A stretch of 64,000 nt of DNA from Lytechinus pictus. Taxonomy: Eukaryota. The DNA is taken from contig NC_087250.1 of NCBI RefSeq assembly GCF_037042905.1, positions 8,558,001-8,622,000 of the forward strand, given 5' to 3'. The notes below the pieces were generated by a model. The model was not told the DNA's origin. It worked only from the letters and a program-made list of their open reading frames with translations, and made no database searches. This document shows positions 24,301 to 34,600 of this stretch, piece after piece. The position numbers and the translations under genes are program-made. Positions within the stretch are counted from its first letter, which is position 1; the number at the start of each line of letters is the position of its first letter.

Positions 24301-26542
24301 AGACCGGTGCTATGACTTGCTAGAAATATCATCACGTGATCATTATAAGTATTTCATTTAACATGCACGTTTGCTAATAACTGGTGCTAATTGTTATGTA
24401 CTATATACATAATAATAATTTCTTTGGATCTCCGAGGAGGAGTAATAATCATTTCATTGGATCTCCAAGTAGGAGAAACATTTGATTTATTTGACTTGCA
24501 ACCAGGAGGTATCAATTATTTGTGCTACAGGAAAATGTTTGGAAGCCATACGCAAAGAAGAACATGTTATTTGGACGATATTATGTTGATTATACAAGTG
24601 ACATGGAATATGGATAGGAAAATTTATTTTGATTATGATCAACAAACTAAGTGATGGGGAAAGAGTGTTATGTATACTATTGAAGAACCTATGAATAGAA
24701 GTGCCAGCTGTAATGTACACACCAATGTAATGTACATGCTTCCCAGTAATCTACATGCCATCCCATGACAATAGAACAATAGATGGATACCTGAATGGAA
24801 TACCATTGGCTATAGAAAGAATGTCTCTACTCTGAACTTTAATGCCACTTCACTACTTAGCAGCCAAGCAGAGAGCACCTCCCAAAGTGTCAGGTAAAGC
24901 CTTCATGTTCGTGTGTACTTGAGATATAACACTATAATGACTAGTTCTATTAAACGGTCATCTAGGTCCCGTTTCATAAAGACTTGTTACAATAACAAAT
25001 TCCTAATTTCTATTACAAGTTTACTATCAGCCAATCAAATAGAAGGACATCCGTAGCTTTAAACTGTTATTGCAAATGTGTTACTATAACAGGTTTTATG
25101 AAACGGGCCCCCTGTCATGGGTTCGAGATCGAGGGCAACTTATAGATTAACAAGGATATATATATATCATTACAGAAAACGAGGCTTTAGTAAACAGCGA
25201 AATGAAACCAGTTAGGACAGTGTTGAGAGACAAATTTACCCCTCTAATTTTAATCGACTCTTTCTGTGTCGATAATACTAGCTTTAATCGTCTTTATAAA
25301 CATGATAAAAAGAATGGGCTGCAGAGTTGAAAATATATATAAATTTAGATCACACTGCATATGGTACATGTCGTTCTGTTTTGGTGTGGGGTTGGTCTCT
25401 GTGTGAGATTAAACATACAACCAAATATTACATATTTATGGCAGTAAAACCGCACAGCCTGTGAAATATTTAATTTACATTAATAATGAATATTTAGAAG
25501 AAAAACTTTTAATACACAATACAATTACTACCACAACATATTTTTTTAGGATCGTTAAATCGACACTATAATAGTATAAACGTCTCAGTTAAAAAGAGTG
25601 ACTTTTTTAGAAAATGTATTGAAAATACCGTCAAATGACAAAGAACAGCTGGAGGTCTTTGTCCAAAATTGGTGAAGTGGAAAAGTAATTTCGTCCTAAG
25701 TTCTGAAGCTGATTAAAAATTGCAAATATGCCGTTTGTCCAGAGTACAGGAATTGACTGCCGTTTTTATTCACAAACTTTCGACAAGGATATCTTTAAAG
25801 GAAACAAAAACCCAAGAAGAGAAGCAATCTTATTGGAAAAAGTAAAATGAGAGGAACAATTTAAAACAAGCTTCATCAAAATCGGTTGTTAAATAAGCAA
25901 GTTATGTATGGACGTTTAATAAGTCTTGTTGTACTTTCTATGGAGATCCTCAAATTGGTGCTTCAAAGTGGCTGATTTGTGGACAGTTCTCCATTTGTTT
26001 TGTACACAAATTTTTTAGATTTTCCCGTTTATTTTACATATTTCACATTATCTCCTCCTGACCTTGACATGTGGTGTGAATTATATTTTCCCATGTCATA
26101 TATTGTGCTCAGAAGGAGGCAAGATGCAATTTGAAAGATAATGAGGAAAATCTGAAAATTTACTAAACAAATGGAGAGTTGTCCACAAACTCAGTCATTT
26201 AGAAGCACGTTCGCCAATTGGAGGATCCCGATAGAAAGTACAACAAGAGTTGTCGAACTTCCATAACTGACTTATTCTATAACCAATTTTGATAAAACAA
26301 GTTTTAGATTGCTCCTCTCATTTTATTATTTATGATACGGTAGATTTTCTCCTTGTATTTTGGTTTCCTTTAACAATACATGTTGTGTGTTCTTGTATTC
26401 GTTACGCACCGAAATCCACAAATTCCCTATTTTTACAACATTATCTAAAAGACAAATTACACTTTTATGAATTCGAAACATACAGTTTCTTACCAGAGGA
26501 CGAACAAATGCAGAGGAATATGATGACGATGACAGACTCCAT
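2627..26542 (-). CDS. Paralog A (spliced, 9 coding exons, 525 aa): signal peptide + YWTD-like beta-propeller + 4 EGF-like modules + acidic stalk + TM + short tail; LDLR/LRP/pro-EGF-like membrane protein
   Basis: Exons 26494-26542, 23290-23535, 16300-16459, 14926-15044, 13047-13331, 10934-11065, 9502-9639, 3790-4026 and 2627-2838 all have AG/GT boundaries with compatible phases. They sum to 1578 nt (526 codons including stop) with no internal stop. Confidence 0.88.
2894..3145. repeat. (ATA/ATG)n microsatellite
   Basis: Direct reading; gives spurious poly-Ile ORFs. Confidence 0.95.
3790..4026 (-). CDS. Paralog A exon 8 (237 nt): EGF + calcium-binding EGF
   Basis: cataag| and |gtagga boundaries; DVNEC...CMNTVGGYYC fits the cbEGF consensus; matches B 49815-50051. 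Confidence 0.9.
4565..4995. mobile_element. MITE with internal (T)AGACCAA/TTGGTCTA subrepeats
   Basis: Inverted subrepeat arrays; copies at about 23867-24304 and 45465-45755. Confidence 0.65.
7901..8186 (+). mobile_element. tRNA-derived SINE
   Basis: A-box GCAGTCTAGTGG and B-box GGTTCAATTCC; body TGCACTCAACCCAGGT..AATGGGTACC; (ATT)n tail. Confidence 0.8.
9211..9490. repeat. (CTA)n microsatellite
   Basis: Direct reading; gives spurious poly-Tyr/Val ORFs. Confidence 0.95.
9502..9639 (-). CDS. Paralog A exon 7 (138 nt): EGF-like domain
   Basis: ttgcag| and |gtatta boundaries; NLCEASGEHYPCDYIRGVCLYVNGSAVCGCEGGYLLADDNVTCL has 6 Cys; matches B 50527-50664. Confidence 0.9.
   Translation of the reverse strand, partial: TLIFVKQAVNTTLAIIFVAYVCTSMDRLCVDVKADTSLQTITSRA
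10934..11065 (-). CDS. Paralog A exon 6 (132 nt): 4-Cys EGF-like module + N-glycosylatable linker
   Basis: tcaag| and |gtgagt boundaries; encodes VDLCHPSPCEPGLQCVSTIYNYECVATNLTGNGTG; homologous to the B exon starting at 54849. Confidence 0.85.
12170..12607 (+). mobile_element. L2-like LINE 3' end
   Basis: HITPILNSLHWHP motif; 3' GCGCCTTGAGCAC...GCGCTTTATAAG and (TTA)n tail. Confidence 0.65.
13047..13331 (-). CDS. Paralog A exon 5 (285 nt): blades 5-6 (NLFWIN, IFYWVD)
   Basis: ttgcag| and |gtaggt boundaries; matches B exon 56181-56465. Confidence 0.9.
13783..14372. mobile_element. Kolobok-type TTAA element
   Basis: ttaa-AGGACAAGTCCAC...TGGACTTGACTT-ttaa; long TIRs. Confidence 0.75.
14926..15044 (-). 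CDS. Paralog A exon 4 (119 nt): blade (MLYFSE...NVDGT)
   Basis: tactag| and |gtaaga boundaries; phase 2 to 1; matches B exon 57387-57505. Confidence 0.88.
15244..15561. mobile_element. hAT-type MITE
   Basis: CACTAGCGT...ACGCCACTG termini; 8-bp TSD ACCCTAAC; related G-rich copies at 31217-31621 and about 36866-37165. Confidence 0.8.
15994..16240. mobile_element. Palindromic MITE with CACTG...CAGTG termini (CACTA/CMC-like)
   Basis: Long TIRs; a near-identical second copy lies at 21126-21362. Confidence 0.75.
16300..16459 (-). CDS. Paralog A exon 3 (160 nt): YWTD-like blade (RRIYWFG...ARLDGT)
   Basis: ttccag| and |gtaaat boundaries; RIYW and LDGT are typical LDLR class B motifs; matches B exon 61695-61854. 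Confidence 0.9.
17073..17135 (+). ncRNA. Penelope-type minimal type-I hammerhead ribozyme-like motif (core variant GACA)
   Basis: CTGACGA-A-GGCC-gatgat-GGCC-GACA-GCTT, with flanks able to form an extended stem I, followed by AATAAA. Confidence 0.6.
17925..18100 (-). mobile_element. Decayed LINE (CR1/L2-like) reverse transcriptase fragment
   Basis: Frameshifted RVCVNG...DVTSGI.*GSVLGPLL...MYINDLPDQ...YLFMDD (RT motifs). Confidence 0.7.
18421..18767. mobile_element. MITE with AGGCCACCGCACAC / GTGTGCGGTCGCCT TIRs
   Basis: Imperfect TIRs of about 40 bp. Confidence 0.6.
19019..19500. mobile_element. Kolobok-type TTAA element (GGATGGTCCGGGCTG subfamily)
   Basis: TTAA flanks and TIRs; same family as 46099-46684 and the degenerate copy at about 980-1570. 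Confidence 0.7.
19537..20064. mobile_element. Kolobok-type TTAA element
   Basis: ttaa-GGGGAAGTTAACCCTGA...TCAGGGTGAACTTCCCCT-ttaa. Confidence 0.7.
20115..20958. mobile_element. Kolobok-type TTAA element with nested SINE
   Basis: TTAA flanks and TIRs; SINE at about 20386-20663 inside. Confidence 0.7.
20386..20663 (+). mobile_element. tRNA-derived SINE
   Basis: TGGCCCAGTGG / GGTTCGAATCC boxes; same body; (TTA)n tail. Confidence 0.8.
21126..21362. mobile_element. Palindromic CACTG MITE, copy 2
   Basis: Matches 15994-16240; flanked by a TAACCGCA duplication; interrupts a LINE fragment. Confidence 0.75.
22200..23226 (+). mobile_element. Decayed LINE (RT motif and 3' tail)
   Basis: SCGVPQGIIRGPLLLVIYINDIS at about 22362-22430; (AAAT)n tail; boundaries approximate. 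Confidence 0.6.
23290..23535 (-). CDS. Paralog A exon 2 (246 nt): propeller blades 1-2 (VLFVD, MVIWGQ)
   Basis: ccctag| and |gtaagt boundaries; same length as, and about 75% aa identical (hand count) to, paralog B exon 62500-62745. Confidence 0.9.
23573..23842 (+). mobile_element. tRNA-derived SINE
   Basis: GTGGTTCTAGTGG / GGTTCGAATCC boxes; same body; (ATT)n tail. Confidence 0.8.
25799..26369. mobile_element. Kolobok-type TTAA element
   Basis: ttaa-AGGAAACAAAA...TTTTGGTTTCCT-ttaa with long imperfect TIRs. Confidence 0.65.
26494..26542 (-). CDS. Paralog A coding exon 1: signal peptide MESVIVIIFLCICSSS(A)
   Basis: Acceptor tttcttcag precedes exon start 26560; ATG at 26542; hydrophobic core; phase-1 donor G|gtaaga matches the phase-1 acceptor of the next exon. 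Confidence 0.8.
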
Positions 26543-27373
26543 TATGACGTCACTTTTTAACTGAAGAAACAAAAATGGAGCAATGATGTTAGTTCTCCTT
26601 TCAGGATTAAAATAATTATATTTGTGGGCTATTCCCTAATTAAAGAAGTCTGAACTTTTCTATTAGACCACGACTTCCAAATTAATGTCGCTGTAAAAGA
26701 TAAATCTCAGAAAAACTCCGGACAGTATGAGAAGTGTCTTCAAAACGTGAGTTTGCTATGACGATCAGTTCATTTAAATTAAATCATAACAATAATTACA
26801 AAAGTTTGAAGGTTTGACCGCCCCCCAAAAAAAGACACTGTCGAGACTCGAAGGATAAAAGAGTTGAATTTCTTACGTTGTGACGTTGCGAAATGCAAGT
26901 GGTTTCCCTAGCCCCAAGTGTCATATAACCTATACAAATTTATATGACTATTCAAATATTTCGTACCGAAATTATAAAAGGCAAAATGCTTTACGAATAT
27001 TGTACAAAACAAACATAATTCATACAGCACTTTGTGATAAGACACTGTAAGATGTTGAAACTGATAACAGTTGGTGTCCGTAGAAGATGTTAGAATTACA
27101 CCCTATAGTTTCAACACAACACGAGCATTATTAAAGTAACATCCAAATACGTTGTTATGACATCCCCGGGTGTTGGGCTAACACTCACACACACATACAC
27201 ACAAAATCAACACCTGAGAAAAAGGACTTGTTTGGTTATCTATGTATATACACAATAATCCCCATTTCGTTGTGAATAACTGACTAAGGCCAGAAAATAT
27301 ATATCACTCACCCCTTTTTTCTGTATCAGTCACTCAAATTTCTTGCTTCTTCCTGATCCCCCCTGATCCTTAC

Positions 27374-27456
27374 CAGCTATAGAGATATATGGAGCCAGAC
27401 TATGGCCCTGACTGACATATGTTCGAGAATGACCAAGCCCTGTTCTCTTTACTAAC
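27374..27456 (-). other. Putative 5' UTR exon of paralog A, with a 13-aa uORF (27418->27377)
   Basis: catatag| acceptor and G|gtaagg donor (alternative donor |gtgagt after 27312); lies upstream of the signal-peptide exon, which itself begins with an acceptor. Confidence 0.45.
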
Positions 27457-28237
27457 CTATATGCAATAAATAATGTTTCGTACCAGCATTTGTTCATATA
27501 TATTTTTCTGTAATGAGTTTCAGAGCATGTTTTATGGATTTGACTTTCTGACCGGATCGTCGTTACATAATTTTTAAAGAAGCAAAAACATATGGGGCGG
27601 CGGCAGGGGAGGGAAAACAAAGAGAAGAAAAAGGAAGAAATCAGAAAAATAGAGAGTAGTCTGGGGAGAGTTTCGTGAAATAATAATAAATAATAATATA
27701 CAAAATTTATAAAGCGCTTTATACGGATGTTTCAAAGGGCTAAGAGAGAGAGAGAGAGAAAAAAAGAGAATATACATGTACAAGATTTCTCAGTAAAAGA
27801 ACGGACATGACGGAGAAGAAACTGAAAGTGAAAACAAATCATACATGCAAATACAGAGATATTAGTCGGTAAATATACAACAGAAATACAACGGGTCGAT
27901 AATTACGTAAGTAAATTCAGATAACCCTAATAATTAAAAAATATGATCCGACTTTTAAGAATCTTAACACGATATGATTAACAATGCAAATAAACTGAGG
28001 GGAATGGTTTTATACCTAACACAATGGAAGCGAAGGATGGGATCGATGGTGAAACTTAAGAGGTGGGTTTTAAACAGGGTGGATAGTTTTGGTAATTCCT
28101 CGAAATTGGCCTGTCACCATTCTAATTAATTTGTATATTATATGAATGTGTATGTCCTAAAACAGTCGTGATGTGGATGATATGAAATGAAAAGGTGTTT
28201 TTCATGATAAATTATGCTCTTATATGTGTGAATTTTA

Positions 28238-28791
28238 CCCGGGGGGGCCACTTACATTGACGAGTGGATACCATGCGCGACCAAAAAAACACGTAAAAAG
28301 GATGTCCTTTTCACGATAGGGCACGTTACTAACGTAACGTGATAAGGGTGTCAAAAACACAAAAATAATGAAAAAAGGGTGTCTATTTCGCTAGGAAAAT
28401 TACGTGTTTAGGGTCGAATTTGCGGGAATGATAAAACCAACAAAAAAAAAACGTTTTATAAAGGATGTCCATTTTGCCCCAACACTTCGTGTTTAGAGTC
28501 CGATTTGCGCGAGGTGTAGAAGGTGGGGTCGTACTTAACCAAATAAGGTAAAGCCGACGACCGAAGGACCCGTAACAATATAACATTCCTGTACTTGTTT
28601 AGGGGTTGATTTCAGGGAATATTTGCCAAGAGTATCGTTTTTTTCCAATACTTGTTAAGGGTAGGGTTTCACACGCCAATACTTGTTAAGGGGTGCATTT
28701 TCAGAATATGGAAATTACGTGTTTAGGGTGCTTTTCGAGACCCCATGGTCGCGCATGGTATCCACTCGTGAATGGAAGTGGCCCCCCCGGG
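28238..28791. mobile_element. MITE with CCCGGGGGGGCCACTT TIRs (copy 1)
   Basis: TIRs present; flanking duplication (G)AATTTTA(C); near-identical to 38883-39444. Confidence 0.85.
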
Positions 28792-28799
28792 AATTTTAC

Positions 28800-28950
28800 C
28801 TTGTCGGATATCCCGACAAAGTAATTTCAAAATTGTAACATACCCCCTCTATCACCCAAATCCAGTTATCCACCCCTCTGCAGACACACCACCACCGCTG
28901 CCGTGAGTGTGCTACGCAAGAACGATAATGTAGTCCGCTACATTGCCTTG
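28800..28950 (-). other. Putative first (non-coding) exon of paralog A; 5' end uncertain
   Basis: Donor AAG|gtaaaa at 28800/28799 ends a unique, GC-richer stretch; contains a tiny uORF ATG TTA CAA TTT TGA. Confidence 0.35.
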
Positions 28951-29772
28951 TCACTCGGTGCAGTGAACGGCAGAGCAGACTTTTATCTAAAAAGCCTTGA
29001 TCGCGTATCGACATTAGGATCATCAATTAGTACGTTCCTCACATGCACAACACACAACACCATTCTGTTTTCCTACCTTCCTTGCTCTTGCCTTGGCTGG
29101 CGGGGGCTGGGGCTTGCGAGTACATCCCCTATTGTCTAAGTCTAATTTCCAATATAACACGGGAACAATTTAGAAAAGTGATTTCAGAGTGAACACTACG
29201 TACAGCACAGCAGTTGGGAAAAAAACACATTCTTTTTCGGTCATATTCTCCGACTTTCCGCGTTTTAGTCTCGGCTCATATGTTGTTTCAGATTGATGAA
29301 AAAAGTTTTATTATGATTCTGATGAATCAAGAGAAAAAAGGGCAGTGAAACCAACAGAAAGAAACCCTTACATACAAAGGAAATTCCAAGATTATACATC
29401 CTGTTTATGTTTTGGAAATGCACTGTACTCTCACTAAAATGTTATGTAAACCGTCTTTGGGTAAATTGTGTCTGAATTCATAGACTAGTACAGTACATTA
29501 TCCACGTTGGTTGCACTGTCCTTTCTATGTATGCAGTAGGCCTGGCGGAATTGTATTTACTTGTGTGTGTGTGAGGCCGGAGTGTGTGTAAGCATAGAGC
29601 TATATGGTGTAAGGTCAACAGCACTGTATGACACCATGAACTGTATAGGCCTACTATATCGATATACTCGTGTGTGTAGGCATACTAGTAAAATGTCATG
29701 AAGAGTTCAGTCCACTGGTCATGTACATGGCGATGTAATTACAACCCATTGCTCCTGACCAGTGGTTCATAA

Positions 29773-29933
29773 TACATTGGTCACATTTGTCATACGGCGG
29801 CCGTACGGCGAGTCGAACGAAAACAGTTATTCATTTTTATTCAAACCATCTATATACATGTATATGTAGCTGGTACAAAAAAAATGTTAAAACTCGCCGT
29901 ACGGCCGCCGTAGAACAAATGTGACCAAGGTAT
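29773..29933. mobile_element. Short palindromic MITE
   Basis: TTGGTCACATTTGT..TACGGCGGCCGTACGGCGAGT is inverted at the other end. Confidence 0.65.
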
Positions 29934-31216
29934 AAATGAGTACGTGTCCTGAGATAATTCAATCGAGCTCTAACTAAACCATGCATGGACCTATAACAAC
30001 TAGCATGTCAGTGTCAAGTTGCGGAAAACTGGCAATCCTATGGAATTAGTAATGAACTTCATTTTTTTGTAATTAATTATTGGATAAAGTTCTGTACATA
30101 ATTCAGTTCGATCGTATACTTTTCGATAATTGGATGAAGACCATTTCGGGGTAATAACCACTATATCACTAATAAATAGACCTACCAAAAATAATAATGT
30201 GCAATATATAGAAGTCGTGTCGGATGTAACGTCGATACTAAGGCCGCGATCATCATTTTCCCCCATATTTCAAATACCTTTCCCCTTTCTCTTTCGAAAA
30301 CTGGCAATGGGGAAACACTGACGCCATAATTTGTTTTGTGGGACGCCAAAGTGTTACTGTCATGCAGAGCTGTCTCACTAAGTCTCAGGTCTCTATTTTT
30401 TAGTGATCGATGTGCAGGATTTTTCCTTCTCTATTTTAGACTGAAATAAATTTATGATTTTTATAAAGTTTTTTTTTTTTTTTTGGGGGGGGGGGAGGGG
30501 GGCAGGGGGTCATTTTCACGTGAAAAATATGGCGAAAGCTGAGTCATTTGATCTGCTACTATATAACTTCTAGTTTTGTATCTAAATGAAACATGAATTA
30601 GGAAGCACAGCGATGGAACGATCAGTCCATATCCCAACAAAAAGTTTATTTGATTAAAAAGGAAAATCCAACAAGCACTGGAAATTTAATCAAAATCGGA
30701 TGTAAAAAAAGAAAGTTGGGACATTTTTTATGATCAAATTTCACAGACCAGTTATATGCACATCCTGGTCTGTATGACTGCATGATGACGTCACACACTT
30801 AATTGTATTCTTTGTCAAATATAAATAAATATTCTAATTTTCTCCTAATTGTATGTGACATTTTCATTAATATATTATCGCTGTGGATTATATTTCTATG
30901 GTTCAGTCAAGTAATTGGTCCTTATTATTTTGAAATCTCTAAAAATTGAAATATAATTCAAACAATAAAAAAATAAAAGAAAAAGTGATCGATCGGACAT
31001 CATCAACTCTCATTTTCATATGATTGAGTTGTGCATAACTATTCTGTGAAAAATGTGCGCTATGCGAAATTTTGAAATGTTTTAATTTTCTCATATTTTA
31101 CATCCGATTTTGTTGAAATCTTCAAAATTATGCTTGTTGGATATTTCTATTGATTCAAATTAACATTCTTTTCTGGGGTGGACTTGACCTTTAAACATTG
31201 AACTATGGTCGAGGTG

Positions 31217-31621
31217 CAGCGGCGTACCCAGGATTTTCCAAAAGGGGAGCAAATTTTTTGGAGGATATTTCGTGCGCGAAAAGAATTGACAAGCAAAAAA
31301 AAGGAAAGGTCTTCAACCACAAATAAAGGATTTCGTACCACACAAAAATGGACAAGCCAAAAAAAAAAGAAAAATAAGGTCTTTAAGTTCAAAAGAGGAT
31401 CCACACGTCTGTTTTCATTGCATTTTTACATTCCAAATTATTAATTTTGCTTCTCAAAAGGGGGGCATGTCCCCTGGATCAGTTATGACTCGTCAGGGGG
31501 GGGGGGGGGGCACCTGTCCCCTGGATCAGTAATGTTGTGACTCGTCAGGGGGGGGGGGATATCCCCTGGATCAGTTGTGACTCATCAGGGGGCAGTCTAC
31601 CCCCTTAGGTATACGCTAGTG
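31217..31621. mobile_element. hAT-type MITE
   Basis: CAGCGGCGTA...TACGCTAGTG termini; TSD TCGAGGTG/GCGAGGTG (7/8); internal GTGACTCGTCAGGGG repeats. Confidence 0.75.
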
Positions 31622-34600
31622 GCGAGGTGCAAAAAAATAGGGACAATGATTTACAAGTCATTATATAAGCACTGATTTTCAAGTCATAAGCACAAGGAGG
31701 TGAAATTGAGAACGGTGCGAAGAGAAAAAATGCAATGAAAGAAAGAAATTAGTATAAAGAAAGAAAAAAAATGGAGAAGGGATGGGGGCTGCATGGGATT
31801 GCGTCGTTGGGAATTTCTTTAGTCTGACAAACTTTATTGCATTTTTTTTTCGTTTCTAACTTGACAAACAAGCCATGTACACGCCCCTCATTATAAAAGG
31901 GAGAAATATCCGGATATTGTCAATCGGACTGTTATGAGAGAAAAGCAAAAAAAAAATGTTGTGATATCGGCATCATAATTGATAGTGCATTGAAATAATG
32001 TTATTTCTTCATTAAAAAAATAACACACTTTCTTGTGAATAGGAACATGGCTTACCGCTCCCCCAACCTCACCTTCGCAGAGGGTGGACAAAATTATACT
32101 GAGCAAGTAGTTGACCTTCCTGTAAAATATCCTATATCCTATATTAAACGTGTAATTTTTGTTTGTCAACGAAACATAGCACGAATCTCTTGTAATGAAA
32201 AAATATCTGAGCTGACTTTATAATTTTATAAATTACAACATATCTTATTAATTGAGAAAGAGCAGAGGTCAACAATACAGTATATAATTGAGGGATCCAG
32301 GATGGGGGCACCCCAGGAATATTTTGAAATTTGCTCATGGACTTACATTTTTTATTTATTTACTTTAATGCATTTTTTAATCTATTAATTAATTCATTCA
32401 TTTATCATGTATTCTGTTTCATTTACCCAAGGTAAGAGAGTCTTGCACAAGAGAGCTAAATGTTCGAAAATGGCCATTATGGGCCCGTCTGTTTGCTATT
32501 TCCACCACTTTTTATTTTTTTCTTCACAACGTTAATTTTGTATAAGAATCTTCTACTATAATTGGTGTGCTTGCCTGACACACTTTCATTCCAATTTGAT
32601 ATTGACCGAACATTGCCATAAACATTACTGATAAATCGTTCTTGTACCATGATTGTTAAGAAAAAAAAGAAGATGTTCACCTATACCCTGGCAAAATGGT
32701 ATTTAATGCATGCTCAGTTTCAAGTTTCCAATTTGCACCTTTCTAATGAGTCTAAGTAGAAACACAAGTAAAGAACTATATAGCTCTTGAGGCCTATTCA
32801 GAAATAATATGTTGGATACAGGGGCAGCCTTCGCTGATGGGGGGGGGGGGGCGAATTTTGTCAGCCCAAAATTTTCCCTGATCGGCCTCTCGAAGTTGAT
32901 TTGTTTATGTTTATTTGAAGGGGTAGTCCTAACAGTGCATCTCTTAGCTTTATTTTAATAAATCATCATAAACATAATCTCATAAGCCTTAGTTCGTGCG
33001 CAAAGTGCGAACTAATTTTTTTTTTAAATGTATTTTGTCCTAAAACTTGAACATTCTGGGCAATGTTTGTGAGCCTGAACGTCATGTAACTGATTAATAT
33101 TACTGCGTATAGCGTGAACAGAAATTATAATACGTTTTGATCTGATCAAAAAGGGACCACCTTTCAAGAACTATACTTGCAGTTGGCCATGAATGCGTTG
33201 CATATTTCAACAATCAAATAGTGCATGCGAGTGCGAGCTGATTTTTTTTACATTTCTACCTAAAGAAGGGAAAATCTAAGCTCTTTTTGTCAATGTGAAC
33301 ATGATAGGTATATCACCGAACAATTGATGCGTGAGAAAAGCGTGAGCGTAAAAAAATTGAGATTTAGCCTAAAACGGGACACATTTTTCATGTTTTGTAA
33401 ATCATGAAAAGGATGAATAATTGGGAATCTTTCTACATGAATAATGCGAGCGCGCCAAACGCGAGCAGAAAACTTTTGGAAATCTGAAATGAAAATAAGG
33501 GTCCATCTAAGCTCTGTGTTTCAAGTACTTTGGTGGAAAATTGCTAGGTGGATATTGATCGCACTTAATAAAAAGCTGATATTTTGTTTTATTTTCAAAG
33601 TCGTCCACTCATCTTATTTTATTCTTTCGCCTCCTCCTTTTATTTCTTTTTCTTCTCTCTTTTCCCCCTTATTTTTCAATTTTCTTTCTTTCAACCTTTT
33701 TCTTCAGTTTTTTTTTGCTCCGCCAAGGGGGGCGGGCACCTCGCCCCCCTTCCTGGATCCGCCTTTGTAAATATTCAAAGTAAAAATGTTCTGTAATGAA
33801 GACAGGATCATTCAGAATTGTGCTAAAAGATGTACATGCATAGGCAAGGCATGCAGATCCATGGGGTCGAAGCGGCCGCTGGCAACCCCCTACCTCTGTT
33901 GGCGGCGGAAAAGGAGGTAAAAGAGAAAAGAACGAGGAATGAAAAGAGGAGTAAGGGAAGAAAATTATAAAAGAAGGAAGAAAGTGTAATAAAACTGGGG
34001 AGGGGATGATAAGAAAATAAAGAAGGAAATCAGGCCATAATGTTAAAAAAAAAAACGTTTAAAAACGTTGCTTACACTTCGCGCTCGCATTGAGTTGAGC
34101 GGGATAATATGTTCAACATGTTCAAGAGGATATTAACTGCCCTAAAATATTAATTTTCAAGTCTAGTCAATATGCACAAATTATTCTCGCCACTCGAATA
34201 TTAATTATCTTCTTTTTATTCAGCGATACACATTCTCTTCATGATTACAAGAAAAGTTCTAAATTCATATTGCAAAAATATTAGCTCGCGCTTTGCATTC
34301 ACAAATTTAGTAAGTAAGTGGTTGAAGGTAGCTGAAGGTTGAAAAGTAATCTGAAAAATAACAATATTGCACTAACTTTTTTTAAGAGAATGAAATTAAG
34401 CAAGCGAGGCGAGAATGCCGATGGTACTGAATAAAAATATAGCACCGCAGAATAGAAAAAAGGAGCTCGAGTTAGAATCTGTTATAACAACGACAATATA
34501 TACAAAACATACACAACACGATATATTTAAATTTCATTTTTCATAATAACATATTTTATGAATTTCCATATACATCTGTTCACACTAAAATTACACTACT

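Noticed and set aside
27377..27418. MSVRAIVWLHISL as the paralog A signal peptide
   Set aside because: In-frame TAG; an intact phase-compatible signal-peptide exon exists at 26494-26542.
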